A stretch of DNA of 64,000 nucleotides from Octopus vulgaris (Eukaryota). A program made the translations under genes and the position numbers. Positions 1-13,549 of this stretch are shown one piece after another. Positions within the stretch are counted from its first letter, which is position 1, and every line of letters starts with the position of its first letter. The stretch lies in NCBI GenBank assembly GCA_951406725.2, contig OX597819.1:22568001-22632000 (forward strand), written 5' to 3'. The notes beneath the pieces were generated by a model. That model saw only the letters and a list, made by a program, of their open reading frames with translations. It made no database searches and had not been told where the DNA came from.

Positions 1-37
1 TAAGTATATTATTCAATTTCTACCCTAGTTGAACGCT

Positions 38-236
38 GTATGTATGTATGTATGTATGTATGTATGTATGTATGTATGTATGTATGTATGTATGTATGTA
101 TGTATGTATGTATGTATGTATGTATGTATGTATGTATGTATGTATGTATGTATGTATGTATGTATGTATGTATGTATGTATGTATGTATGTATGTATGTA
201 TGTATGTATGTATGTATGTATGTATGTATGTATGTG

Positions 237-305
<69 letters not shown>
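38..305. repeat. (TATG)n followed by (TA)n microsatellite
   Basis: Directly visible pure tandem repeats. Many similar tracts occur throughout the window. Confidence 0.99.
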
Positions 306-307
<2 letters not shown>

Positions 308-1309
308 TTGTGTGTCTGTGTAAATATCTAAGAATGTGGTTTGCAAATTATTTTAATATATTTGTTAGCAAGTCTCATCTATTTTTAATATAACCAATCT
401 TGCCTTATGTTGCAAGCATGTTGTCAACAACTAATATATATCAAACAACTGAACAGGATTTCCTTCACGGTACATCGACTATTTTTTACGCCGAAAAGAA
501 TAATACGATAACTAGTATTGCAATTTCGCTGATAGGCTCCTTCACACGATTCCGAATTGAGCGGTTCTAACTAATCACATTAATATAAGACAAATATAGG
601 ATGGAGTTGGGTTAGGTAGAATTTGATTAGATAATTGGTCTGTTCGAACCTGAGAATTTTTTTTGTTATTACAAGAAATTATCGCCGTCTGTCTCCTTCC
701 ACTCATTTCAAGTGGCGATGTAAATTTTCATTGAGATATTAAAATGTTTCTTGGAGGTAACATTCATTACATAATATAAAACACCTCATGTGGATTACGT
801 TTATTGGGAGAAGAGATATAATATGGTGTGATGTCACCTCTCTACATATCTTCTGGCACACCGTTTCAATATTTCATAAGCTCCATGTGGGCAATAAAGA
901 AATAATATTTCATAAGTTTGTGTAAACAAGACTTGGACATTTGACTTCAAATATTTTATTATTAGTTACATTTATTATAGCTAGCTCATCTGATTCCTTA
1001 GCCTATAAAATTTGGTCTTGCGTTCCGTAATATGACAGCATTTGACACAAGGCAATGTTTTGATGTATTAGAAAATAATGAGCGTCTTACAAACCGGCCA
1101 ATATCGTATGCTGTGCTCTTACTGTTGTTGGAGTTGTTGTTTTTGTTCTTCTTCTTTTTCTTCTTCTTGCTTTACTTCTCAGTGCGCTCAGTCGTGTTTG
1201 TTCTGGTTGATTCCGTGAGAGCGGATAACATCCTGCTGTCAGACGTTACATGGGATCTCTTTCCGCACAGTATAAGCTTTGATACTTGTTTGTTAGTATC
1301 GTGAGAGTC

Positions 1310-3030
1310 ATTCAATAACCAAGTACCAAAATGCTAACTGTCCCCAGCAGAGCATTTTTTTGTTGGGGGAGGGGCGGTCTGTTCTGTTCTCATGTCAATT
1401 CCGATTTCTCTAACATATTTCTCAAACTTGGTTGTTCGTACTCCGAGTGCCCCTACAACTACTGGGATGATAGACACTCTCCTCAATGCCCTCATTCTTG
1501 CAATTTCGTCTCTTAGAAGTCTGTACTTTTCAATCTTTTATAGTTCTTTGTTATTTATGCGTGCACCCCCATATATTGCAATATCTATAATCTTGCTTTC
1601 CTGTTTTTCCTTTATCTGCCTCAACAATATTTGATCTCCGAGCATTGATTAGGGAGTCACATTGGATTGCAAAATCCTACAGTATCTTATATTCCTTGTT
1701 CTCGGTGACTCCTGGTTCATGTTCGTACCATTTCCATAATCTGTCCGGGAATCACTTTTCACATAGCCTCCAGTGGACAAACTTGGCTACATTATCGTGC
1801 CTCCTTTTGTAGTTCCTTTGGACCAGCTTGCTACACTCACAATATGTGAGTTTCGTTTTTGCTGCAAACATCCGCAGCTCTAATCTATTTGGAACTTGGT
1901 GTAATTAGTTTTCAGAGATTTACCTGGGCCCTGCATATCACTGCCCCGATGCATCCTTTCAGGTCACTTTGTATTAGCCATCCCCAAGTGCTGGTCTTGG
2001 CACAACAGCCAGTAGACATATCTGGCCACATTGTCGTGTCTCCTCTTGTCTTCGCGTTGTGCGAGCGTACAGCACTCACTAATAATATGGATTATACTTT
2101 CTCCCTTCTCAGAGTACATCCAACACTGTGGCGAGTCAGTGCTTTTATCAATGTGATATTTGGAGTAGTTTGTTCTGATAGCTTTTCTTGGGCACTGCAC
2201 AATAGTGCCTTAGTGGTCCCTTTTAAGTCTTCTTTTTGCAGTCATTGCCAGGTTCTATTCCAATCAGTCTCATTTTTATTCTTCAAGAACTGACTTTGCG
2301 TTTTCTGGTTCTGCCAAATTTTCATCTGCTATCTCTGGTCTTTCTTAAATTGTGTTGGATCTACAGCTTCGTTCACGTTTAAGGTTCCCTGCATTTTCAC
2401 TGATTCAATAATTTCTCCTTTACTCCCCTTGACATACCAAGTCAAGCTATTCTCCTCTTCCTCGACAACCTTCACAATACACCAGTCCCCGTCCTCCTTC
2501 TTTCCTCTTTACGTACAACCTCTACACATCACTCTTGGTGTGTAGTTCCCTTTTCATTGTCATTAATTTACGGTTCTCCGGTTTATCTCTTGCAATTCAT
2601 GCTTCTTCCAAGACACTATACCTGCCCCACGTCTCATCAATTAAACCGTCCACGTATTAATAGCTCTAATCTTATAACTACCATTTAGCTTCGATTGGAG
2701 TAGAGGCAGAGAATTTGCCATCACCAATTTTTTGTGTCTCTTCTTTCAGTCAACCAGGATAGTCTTATCGATTATTAATTGATCATTCCTTATTCTGCCC
2801 TTACGTCTACACCCTCTTTGTTCCACTGGAAGTAGGTTGTTCTCATCTAGGTACTTATAGATGTTGTGTGATATGATGCCCGTCATCAGTTTCCACATCA
2901 GTGGCAAACAAGATATTGGTCGGAAATGTCCAACTGCATTCCTTTTACTTGGGTCCTTCTGACATAGTACCGTTCTTCCTGTTGTCATCAAGGCTGGTAC
3001 TTGGATGTCACTACTCAGTATTTCGTCCAT
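1310..3030 (-). mobile_element. Degraded R4/Dong-type (RLE) non-LTR retrotransposon fragments
   Basis: Minus-strand pieces encode FRPISCLPLMWKL..EQRGCRR..DQLIIDK (RT N-terminus), CCHC-like C..C..HIISEC..RRHDNVA and ALLGT at the 3' end. Many stops and deletions. Confidence 0.85.
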
Positions 3031-3059
3031 CTAATTATAATGTGTGTATTTCTATTTAG

Positions 3060-3194
3060 AGTGTAATGGATGTTTATCCGCGGGTATATGCCACCGTTAC
3101 AATGAAAAATGGATGGAAAAGTCGGCTGGCGTGTGTGCCTTAAAGGAATGCCAGCTTGTGAGACGATATCGGAAAATATATGCAAAGTCTGTCT
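3060..3194 (+). CDS. Internal exon (phase 1-1, 135 bp) of Cys-rich gene A: (x)CNGCLSAGICHRYNEKWMEKSAGVCALKECQLVRRYRKIYAKSV
   Basis: Acceptor tttctatttAG, donor GTAAGT, open symmetric frame, 5 Cys with VWC-like C..G.C.....W......C....C spacing. Confidence 0.72.
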
Positions 3195-3751
3195 GTAAGT
3201 TGACAAAGAAAATTTTTATTTCCTCTTCGTTACGTGTTTTAAACCAGCAAAATCCCAAAGAGGATTTATATTTGCATTCTTTTGATTGCGAAAGGCGAAA
3301 TTCAGCATCTGTTCATTACTAACCATCTACTAAAGTTAACTGTGAGATTGATGTACCTCAACTCCCAGTAGGTTATATCAACTTAGTTAACTTAACTCGA
3401 TTAAGGTCCAAAACAATTGGGTTTGATCTTAGTACGGAAAGGAAGGTAGCTGACTACCACATAGCATCTTGGCAGCCACACTAATGATTCCGTTAGGCTG
3501 GTAGAATGGTTAGCACGTCGAACAAAATGGTTAGCAGTCTTTCTTCAGGATCTTTACATTCTGAACTTATATCCCACTAATTTCAACTTTAATTTTCATC
3601 CCGTCAAGGTGGAAAATGAAGGTACCAGTTACATATCGGAACCGATGAAATTTACTGGCATTAAAGCCTGTAACGGATAGATCTCCTGTTCATGGGGATC
3701 TGGTCGCTTAAACGCCTCGGAAACTGGGTAACCGGAATTACGAACCCTATG

Positions 3752-3805
<54 letters not shown>

Positions 3806-3859
3806 GTATATATGTGTGGCTATTCTACTAAGCATTTTACCCGGCGTACGAAAGATTCT

Positions 3860-4058
3860 ATTCTACTCTAGGCACGAGACCCAACATTTTTGAGAGGGGA
3901 CGTGTCGATTAGATCGACCCAGTACGCAACTGGTAATTAGTTTATTAGCACCGAAAGGATGAAACGCAAAGTCGACCTCGGCGGAATTTGAATTCAGAAC
4001 GTGAAGACAGACGAAATACCGCTAAGCATTTCAACAGTTTCTGCCAGTTCGACGCCTT

Positions 4059-4060
<2 letters not shown>
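3860..4060 (-). mobile_element. tRNA-derived SINE, family B (partial)
   Basis: Reverse complement matches the full copy at 16384-16620 (ttcaaattccgccgaggtcgactttg...). Other diverged copies at ~3495, 9487, 15310 and 40545. Confidence 0.8.
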
Positions 4061-4099
<39 letters not shown>

Positions 4100-4105
<6 letters not shown>

Positions 4106-4352
4106 GGAGCACTCCGTCGGTTACGACGACGTGGGCCCCAACCGATGAGATCAACAGAACAGCTTGCTGTGAAATTAACGTGCAATTGGCTGAGCACTCC
4201 TTAGCCATGTGGATTGGGGCAACGTGAAATAAAGTGTCTTACTCAAGGAAAGAACGCGTTGCCGAGCCAAGAATTGAACTCATGATCTTCCGATCGTGAT
4301 CCGAATGCCCTACCCAGTAAGCCACACGCTTTTATATATACATATATATAAT

Positions 4353-4390
<38 letters not shown>

Positions 4391-4393
4391 GTA

Positions 4394-4466
<73 letters not shown>

Positions 4467-4725
4467 CGTGTTGTGTTCTCGAGCAAGGCACTTTATTTCA
4501 CGTTGCTCCAGTTCACTCAGCTGTAGAAATGAGCTGCGACGTCACTGGTGGCAAGCTGTATCGACCTTTGTCTTTCCCTTGGATAACACTGGTGGCGTGG
4601 AGAGGGGAGGCTGGTATGCATGGGCGACTGCTGGCCTTCCATAAAACAACCTTGCCCGGACTTGTGTCTAGGAGGATATCTTTCTAGGTGCAATCCCATG
4701 GTCATTCATGACCGAAGGGGGTCTT
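4100..4725. mobile_element. SINE family C fragments in opposite orientations around a (TA)n tract
   Basis: The shared motif gacactttatttcacgttg occurs on the minus strand (~4220-4240) and the plus strand (~4488-4507). A tRNA-like head lies on the minus strand at ~4330, and a related copy is at 30192-30340. Confidence 0.65.
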
Positions 4726-5011
4726 AAATATATATATATATTGTATAAAGGGCATTATTACACATACTATCAGAAGACTATGGAAATATTTACCTATCTG
4801 AAGACTATGGAAATATCTACAAAACATTTCACGTGTTTTTTCTCAAAGTTAATTGTTTTTCTTATTTTACACTTAGCTGAAAAAATCTGAAAGTCGGAAA
4901 CCGGTAATAAAATGTACTTCATGATAAACTTATTTTAGCATTATCTACTTTGTCATATTTCCCTTATATATATCAGCTAGTGTGTTAATTTTCTACCTTC
5001 TACCCCCCCCC

Positions 5012-5067
<56 letters not shown>

Positions 5068-5159
5068 CAAAATATATATGTGTACATGTAGACAACTGAA
5101 CACAAAAACTCACAAGAAAAGTAAGTACATACATAAGGCTACATGTGAGTACATGAATA

Positions 5160-5490
5160 CGACGCTAAACATTGCCACATGATACTAACACACGGACGTA
5201 GCGGAGAAGACACAAACATTTCTAAGACCAGTGATATGACTAGCCTCTATCAATCAAACCCTATTCAAAATATATAGTAATTTGAGCTATGAACTCCTTA
5301 TAAAAATAGGGCAAGCTTCAAACACTAGTCAAAAGCAAAATTGCTGCGACATAAGCCACGTCTTTCTATTTCAAATTTTTGACTATCAGTGTAAACTCTG
5401 ACACCGGTTAAAACTTAAAAAATTATAATTAAAATATCTTAAATATTATAATAAAAAATATTCTCAGTGCATTTTCAACTTCTATTTTTC
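5160..5490 (+). repeat. Dispersed ~320 bp repeat (Penelope pLTR-like) with a degenerate hammerhead
   Basis: Close copy of 25360-25670. The ribozyme GAAA is mutated to GACA here. Confidence 0.7.
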
Positions 5491-5509
5491 ATATATATGT
5501 ACGTATATA

Positions 5510-5596
<87 letters not shown>

Positions 5597-5761
5597 TTAG
5601 AGATAAAACCACTATTAGGCAAATCAAAGAGTGAAAATCATAAACCAATACATAGAAATAAAATTAATTAATAAAAAATATATATAAAATATAAAATTCA
5701 AAAGTGGAGAAGAGAAAAATATTTGAAAATTATTTAAATTAATAATTTATACTAATAAATT

Positions 5762-5792
<31 letters not shown>

Positions 5793-5876
5793 TTTTAATA
5801 TATATATGACTATCAAAAAGTATTAAAAGTTTAATTTAAGATAAAGTTTAATTTAAGATAAAGTAAAACCACTACG

Positions 5877-5907
<31 letters not shown>

Positions 5908-5948
5908 GTGTGTGTGTGTATGGAAACTGAAAGAAGCCCGTGCCACGC

Positions 5949-5998
<50 letters not shown>

Positions 5999-6509
5999 CA
6001 TATGTCTGTGTGTGCGTCTGTGTTTGTGTGTCGGTGTTTGTCCCCCCAACATCTCTTGACACCCGATGCTGGTGTGTTTATGTCCCCGTAACTTAGCAGT
6101 TCGACAAAAAAAACATCGTTAGTATAAGTACTAGGCTTACAAAGAATAGGTCCTGGGCTCGATATGCTTGTCGAAAGGTGGTGCTCCAGCATGACCGCAG
6201 TGAAATAACTGAAACAATTAAAGAATATATATATATATATGTATATGTATATACACACATACACATGTGTATGTACGCATATATGTATATATGCCTATGT
6301 TTTATTGCCCTTTTCCGTTATTTTATTTCTTAATAAACGTAGTTATTTAGTCCATGGGTATATGCATTTCATTATTTATGCAGTTTACTTAAATATTTCG
6401 TATCTGTAAACCACTTAAATTTTAAACCTATTCCTTCTCTATGCAATTGGTATAAAATATATGTGAGTCTATTTTGTTATATATCCAGTTGACTTATTGT
6501 ACTCTCTCT

Positions 6510-6922
6510 CTTTTACTATTTTACTTGTTTCAGTCATTTGATTGCGGCCATGCTGGAGCACCGCCTTTAGTCGAGCAAATCGACCCCGGGACTTATTCTT
6601 TGTAAGCCCAGTACTTATTCTATCGGTCTCTTTTGCCGAACCGCTAAGTGACGGGGACGTAAACACACCAGCATCGGTTGTCAAGCAATGCTAGGGGGAC
6701 AAACAAAGACACACAAAACACACACACACACATATATACATAAATATACATATATACGACAGGCTTCTTTCAGTTTCCGTCTACCAAATCCACTCACAAG
6801 GCATTGGTCGGCCCGGGGCTATAGCAGAAGACACTCGCCCAAGATGCCACGCAGTGGGACTGAACCCGGAACCATGTGGTTGGTAGGCAAGCTACTTACC
6901 ACACAGCCACTCCTGCGCCTAT
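6510..6922 (-). mobile_element. Full-length tRNA-derived SINE, family A
   Basis: Head ataggcgcaggagtggctgtgtggtaag (A box), ggttcagtccc (B-box-like), internal (TA)/(TG) tract, 3' aatgactgaaacaagtaaaa tail. Other copies at 5915, 14090, 17510, 37020, 38405, 42875, 47300 and 57331. Confidence 0.9.
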
Positions 6923-6927
6923 GTGCT

Positions 6928-7045
6928 ATGCTTACTGCACCTAGGTTTTCCAAGCGGTCACCCATCTAAGTCCTGACTAGGCTCGACGTTGCTTAACTTC
7001 AGTGATCAGACGAGAACTGGTGCTTTCAACATGATATGGCCGTAC
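6928..7045 (-). pseudogene. 5S rRNA copy (probable retropseudogene)
   Basis: Reverse complement tacggccatatcatgttgaaagcaccagttctcgtctgatcactgaagttaagc...gatgggtgaccgcttgg...gtgcagtaagc aligns with eukaryotic 5S over ~118 nt. It is solitary and has no T-run terminator. Confidence 0.93.
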
Positions 7046-7117
7046 TAATTACATCTTTCTAAACATTCGTACTTCACTATTTTTCCTTCGGATACATTTT
7101 TACGGCACTGTACTTTA

Positions 7118-8360
7118 TACGAAGGGATACGCAGCAACAAACCAGAGTTTTGCAATATTATTTTATTCTCTTAGTTTTACATATTTATACTTTTATCAAA
7201 GTATTCTCCATTTCAAGCAATGCATCGCTCCAAACGTCTTTTCCACTGTTCGAAAAAGTGCTGGAATTCTTGCGAAGTGACGCCTTTTTACGCCTCCGTT
7301 GTTTTCTTTTTCTTTACCTCTTCGACATCTACAAAACGCTTTCCTTCAATGACTTTTTTCATTCGAAGGAGCAATAAGAAAAAAGTCGCAAGGAGTAAAA
7401 TCGGGTGACTTAGAAAGGTGGGTAAGTAGGGTCATGCTGGTTTTGGTCGAAAATTGTTTCACACTAATGGTGGTGTGCGCAGGCGCATGGTAGTGACGTA
7501 ACTACCACTCTCCAATTTGCTACAGGTCGGGGTGTTTTCGTCTCATCACCTCTTGCAAACGTTTAAGAATTTCCAAATAAGATCTCTGGTTAAGAGTTTG
7601 ACCAGCGGAACAAATTCTATGTGGACAACTTTCGCATCGATGAAAATAATCAGGATCGTCTTGGACATCACTTGAAACCCTTTTGGCGCGACGGCGTCGT
7701 GACAATAAATGCTTCGATTAACTAGATTGCTGCTTCGCTTCCAGGTCGTAGCTGTAGATTCAGCATTCATCACCAGGGATGTCCTCCGATAAAAATTCTT
7801 GATCAACTTCCAATTGTGCTTCCAGTTCACGATACGCATGCAGTAGCGACTCCTTTGATCTTCCGTGAGCAAGCGAGCAAGTTTGGTTACAACTATTTTC
7901 ATTTGCAATTCCTGGTTCACCAATTCGTTGGCAAGAGTTCCAGGACACACCAGTCATATCAACCAGTTCGTCAATTGTTCGGTGACGGTCCCCCAAGATC
8001 AGATATTGAATTTTCGTGATGTTTTCATTCGTTCGGGTGTTCGACGGTCGCCCTGAACGAGGTTGGTCTTCAAGAAACAAGTGACCATTCCTAAAGCATG
8101 GAAACCAATCATAAAACTTGTGCTTTGCTCATGGCAGCGTCCTTGTAAGCAGTTTGAAGCATAACAACTGTTTCGGCCGTCGTTTTTCCTAGCAGAAAAC
8201 AGAATTTCACGGAAGCACGCTGTTCTTTCGTTTCAACCAACGCAAAAATCGACGAACAGAGGAAAAACACTGCAAAATAATGATGCACAACGTTGCAGCA
8301 CGACAGCACCTCATGACGCCGGGTTGCACACTGATACCTGAGGGTTGCATCAAGCAGTTT
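7118..8360 (-). mobile_element. mariner-family DNA transposon with pseudogenised transposase
   Basis: EQRASVKFCFLLGKT..D.PRSGRP, GDE, VHIEFVP.GQT and a YSPDLAPCDF-like relic, spread over frameshifted ORFs. Confidence 0.9.
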
Positions 8361-9057
8361 CTTGCAGCGGATGTCTTTTGCTGATATTACTCTCTATATT
8401 TCATAAACACAATATCTCTCTCATTCCTTTAGAGTTATATCATTTCTCTCTCTCTCTCTTTCTCTTATTGATACCTGTATGTTATTAACGATAATCTACC
8501 TGACTCTCTCTCTCTCTCTCTCGCAGTCTCTTTATCTCTCCCCTCTCTCTCTCTCTCTCTCATACATCATCTTCACATAATTCACCAATACTCATGATTT
8601 CCTTTTCAGTATCTTACTAAGTCTCCTTTCCTCTCTTCTATAGTAATTAATTTTTATTAATTATTGTCTTACATTAAAAATGTGAACATGGATATCTTTG
8701 TATATGTACGATGGAGTTCATGCAACCATGATATTCTGTTGATCAGAAAAACTAACCTTCTTTACTGGCATTCATTTGCAAAATGTACAATAGTAATAAC
8801 AGCATACACACTAGTGCAGATATGGAAAATGTATTATCATATACTAAAATAAAATATTTCTGTATGATGTGGGCTGAGAATCCACCGTCCTTCAATGGAG
8901 ATGAACTGATGAAATAAATATATTCATCTCATACCACCTGAATTTCTTTGCACACACACGCACGCACTCTCGCACGCGTACATACATACATACATACATA
9001 CATACATACATACATACATAATACATATATACATACATATATACATACATACATACA

Positions 9058-9091
<34 letters not shown>

Positions 9092-9765
9092 CATATATAC
9101 ATACATACATACATACATGCATACATACATACATACATACATACATACATACATACATACATACATACATACATAATACATACATACATACATAATACAT
9201 ACATACATACATATTTACATACATATATACATACATATATACATACATACGTACATCCACACACACATACATCCGTTGATCAGATCAAGTGGGACGCCCG
9301 AAGTCATTTTACACTTATAACCGAATATAAGGCTTCAAATAGCTTTCATGCTACTGGTGTATATTGAAATACCTTTTTTTTTGGCTCTCCTTAAATAAAC
9401 GAGGCGGAGAACATACAGACGTTTACTTTAATCTATTCTGATTTTAGGAATATGAACTCAAGATATAAAGTTCCTAAAGAAACAGTGAGCTGGCAAAATA
9501 GTTAGCACGCCGGGCATATTCGCTCATCGGAATCTCTTCTGGTTTGGGATTAGATTTCAGAATCTGCCGACATTTGATCCCATCAACGTCCATAAAAAAT
9601 AAGTAACTGCCAAGCATTAAGGTCGATGTAATCAACTTAACCGATGCACTGAAATAGCCGGCCTTTTACCAAAGTTTTCAGCTGTTATAGCCATAATTAA
9701 TTCAAAGATAATTACTTAATAAATTAACCGATTTATCTGGGATATTTTCTTCTTATCAACAACAG

Positions 9766-9913
9766 TTTGTCGAATGCATAATGGCAAATGTATTAGGAGA
9801 CGTAAATGGGCGAGCTACAACGAGTTTGGAGAATGCTGGTCTTACAGGTGCAAAATTACCGGAAGTAACAGCGTTCGAATCGAATCAATGTCAGGGGGAC
9901 ACTGTTCACAAAA
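9766..9913 (+). CDS. Internal exon (phase 1-2, 148 bp) of Cys-rich gene A: (F)CRMHNGKCIRRRKWASYNEFGECWSYRCKITGSNSVRIESMSGGHCSQ
   Basis: Pyrimidine tract plus acAG acceptor, donor GTAAGT, open frame, phase compatible with exon 3060-3194, and the same Cys/Trp module. Confidence 0.7.
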
Positions 9914-10057
9914 GTAAGTACATATTTTAACCTATTTAATTTGGTTCATATAATACATTTACTCCATATCACTCTTGAGTTTCCCCTGTAATACACGTCC
10001 TCTTCTGCTCTACCTCTACTCCAGTTAGCTTTCATTCGGATATAAAAATACGGTTCT

Positions 10058-10160
10058 AGGTAAATTCCACCGCGGTAAATACTACCACGGAAATTTCCAC
10101 CAGGTGAATTTCTCCATAGGTAAATTCCACCATGGTATATTCCACGATGGTAAATTCCGC
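10058..10160. repeat. ~15 bp minisatellite (ggtaaattccaccNN) x7
   Basis: Directly visible imperfect tandem units. They resemble subterminal repeats of a DNA transposon. Confidence 0.8.
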
Positions 10161-11134
10161 TCGTGGACAGACTTCTAATATAAGCTGCTCCAGCTAATAA
10201 TCACCGTGGTAAGTTTCTCTAGACCGTGGGCCAATACCTATGTTATTTAATTAGCTGTCTCTCAACTCTTAAGAAGAGAAAAGGAAAGAGAGAGAGAGAG
10301 AGAGAGTCTGAAGGTGAGATAGAAAATAATTTTTATAATCTACTTGAACTGAGGTAGGATCAATTTAATGTACTCCCATCGAGTAAGGATCTATGAAAAA
10401 GATTCATCATCAATTTCAAAGATAATATAATTTGGGATAAAGAAAGAAAAGATTAAATTTTAGTACACATTTTGTTATAACAATAGGATTAAAAAATAAC
10501 AGCGAGTACATTGTGAAGCAGAGTTAGGATAAGAAAGTTTAATTTATTTTTAAAAATTTAGTAAAAAATTCCTTAAGACAAATTGTGTGCAATACTTCTT
10601 AAAAATTGTAGAGGGTTTTCATTTTGATATTCCTGAACTGGCTTCTTCGGGCATGCATCAATACTTTGGTAGGTCTTTTTATTTTGTTATTGTTAAGTCT
10701 CTACGCCGAATGTGTGCAATTTTTGTCAAGTTCGACTCTTCTTCCGTTTTGAGGGCAGTGCATAGTTTCCATAAATTTGGATGTCTGGATGTTAGTGATG
10801 AGCGCAAAGCATTGGGAAACACTTCTAAAGACTTATTTGATCTTGGCAAGTCCTTTAAGACGCGATCATTCCTGAGTTGTATAGGAAAATATGGGGGGGG
10901 GTCTCTTCGACAACGAGGATTCAGAAAAATTGGACAACGTGCTCCATTACAATCCCAATGTATGTAATCTCAAAATAGGTCATAATCTCAGAAGGGATGC
11001 CTTCACCGTCAAACAAACCTTGAAATACATTGACAACGTCTTCAGCGTATATTTTGTATTCAACAGTCGACAGTAATCACTTGGTATCCACGATGGTATA
11101 CATTTTAAATGTGTAAACAAAAGTATTTTGTGTT

Positions 11135-11764
11135 AATCTTTATAAAATCCACCGAGAGAAGTCATCGTGCCTTGCTATGCTAACGGCCCGCGATTGCGAA
11201 AGACGACATGACAACGTGGCAATAATGATACATTGGGAGCTCTGTTGAAATCACGGCCTACAAAGAGCAAAGACGTGGTATAAGCAAACCCTAGAAGGAG
11301 TCACCGAGAATAAAGATTGGACAATCATGTGGGATGCAACGATTTAGTGCGATGACAATGGATATTGTTGTAGTGAATAAAAAAGAAGGAACTTTCATGA
11401 TAATCGACATAGTATGTCCTGGTGACAACAGGATCAAAGAGAAAGAAGAAGAAAAAAATAGACAACTATGACGATTTGAAGTAGGAAATACGAAGGTTGT
11501 GGTCAATGAGGAGAGTAGACGTGGTACCAATAGTAATTGGTGCACTTGGAAGTATCCCCAATCAACTACGAGCATGGTTGGAAAAGATTTGTACAAGTGT
11601 AAAGGTAGACCACTTACAAAAATCAGCATTGCGTGGAACTGCAAGGATTCTTCGAAGGGTTCTTGAAACTTGACACGTAAACAAGTGTCACCTTAGTGGA
11701 TAAAATCTTTGAACAGCTGTTATTTCCCATCATACCCAGAAAAATACGCTGTAAGTTCCCATCA

Positions 11765-11847
<83 letters not shown>

Positions 11848-11912
11848 TGACAATGATAATGATAATAATAATAATAACAGCAACAACAACAATAATGATG
11901 ATGAGGATGATG

Positions 11913-11993
<81 letters not shown>

Positions 11994-11995
11994 TA
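11135..11995 (+). mobile_element. 3' fragment of an R4/Dong-type element with (AAT)n tail
   Basis: RHDNVA, MWD, MDIVV..IIDI and QKSALRGTARILRRVLET* (RLE domain), followed by a long (AAT)n. Confidence 0.85.
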
Positions 11996-12899
11996 ACAAC
12001 TGTAACGAAAAGATTATTTTGCCATGAGGCCGATGCGAACACCCTCCCACGCCCACCCCTACCTGTATTCTTTTTCTGGTCGGGATGTCGGCGACTAAAC
12101 TGGCAAACCCGCAGAGCTTGCCAGGAAGAAAAACAATACCTGTATGAAGGCTAATGAATACTTACGAGACAACCGCCACCGAAATAGCATTATACCTAAG
12201 AGGCAGAAGCCACCATGACGGTTGAACACACCTTCTAGGAGATGGTAACTTCAAAACTTAAACCAACATTACAGGAATCTTATTTCCTAGGTTGGAAATC
12301 CTGTCAGTGATGGTATCACGGGAAAGAAATACTGATGGTTGTGCAACCTCAAATTCACGATCTCCCATCATGAGTGCTGAAATGTCAAAGAAAAAGAAAA
12401 ATGAGAACGGCGTGAATGAGGCTGGAACACTTTGTGAAGGTCTCTCGCCCAACAGTTGCTTTCAATATACACCAGTACAGACTGTGGAATGATCATGTCA
12501 TCTGTCTGGCTGCAAAAATAATGCAGTAGTACTTGCCACTCTTATGTTTTTTTGAAAAACGGCATTTTATTCTACATTTTATTCTACAGGCATTTTATTC
12601 AATAGTTGAACACGTTTCATCTCCGGCGCCTTTCTGCAATTTGCAAATTGAAGTTGCTGCACAAAGTCCCAAGCACAGAGGATCTTGCATGATGTGATAT
12701 TCAAGGCATAGTTTCTTTATTAAAGCGCAACACTCGCTTACCTGAATCTTTGTTACGTGGTCCCTATAAATACCGTAACAGAAAGCAACTAAAATCTACT
12801 CTCTGAAGAATTGTTTTTATAATTTTTAACTTAAGTATATTTTTATTTAAAGATGGTTTTCAGGTTTATTTTATTTTGTAAGATTTGACAGGTTAGTAA

Positions 12900-13494
12900 C
12901 AACCTCACCACTACATTAATGCAAATCTTTTTGAACTCATAATATTCTGTATGTGTATACTGAACTTTTTTTAATAATTCCTCCTGGAAATTACCCTGAG
13001 ATGTATAATATATTTGTTTTAATCTTTTCTGCCCATTTTTTCAATGAGCTTGTTAAACGTTTTTATATTCTCAACATACTGTTGTCACCAAAGACTGTAT
13101 ATTTATATGGATTATAGTACTCTGTGTCAACCAATATTCTGTGCATGTTTGAATATACAGATACAGTACCAATATCAATTCCTTCTGGAAACTATCTTAA
13201 GTATGTCCTTGAGAACGATTATTTATGTAATCTTTTTTGCCCAATATTTTAAGGAACTTGTTGAACTTTTTTATGTCCTTAACATGTCCCTGTTACCAAA
13301 GACTGTATATATATATGTAATGTAGCAATTTGCAACAACCAATAATTAACGCAACCAAACTTCCACATGTTATTTTTGACAATCTTTTTCCAAAGAGTGA
13401 AACCGGTAAAGTAAATAAACATCTTTTAAATTGCATTTTCAAACCTTCTTTCGTATATAATTCCACTCGTGCGGTACCCCACAACTCAACTTTG

Positions 13495-13496
<2 letters not shown>
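12900..13496 (+). mobile_element. Solo 3' end (pLTR) of a Penelope family
   Basis: Highly similar inverted copy of 43080-43660. Ends in (TA)n and contains a hammerhead. Confidence 0.8.
13370..13414 (+). ncRNA. Minimal type I hammerhead ribozyme, U3:A8 core
   Basis: ttattt-UUGACAA-tcttt/ttcc/aaaga-gt-GAAA-c-cg-GUA-aagtaa, with palindromic accggt in place of stem III. Confidence 0.65.

Positions 13497-13544
<48 letters not shown>

Positions 13545-13549
<5 letters not shown>

Noticed and set aside
20-393. Long ORFs of YI/MYVC/HT repeats here and across the window
   Set aside because: These are translations of (TA)n, (TATG)n, (CA)n and (AAT)n microsatellites, not genes.
675-720. Possible signal-peptide exon IIAVCLLPLISSG for gene A
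   Set aside because: The best donor (gtaaat) gives the wrong phase and the alternative donor is weak. Not supportable without cDNA.
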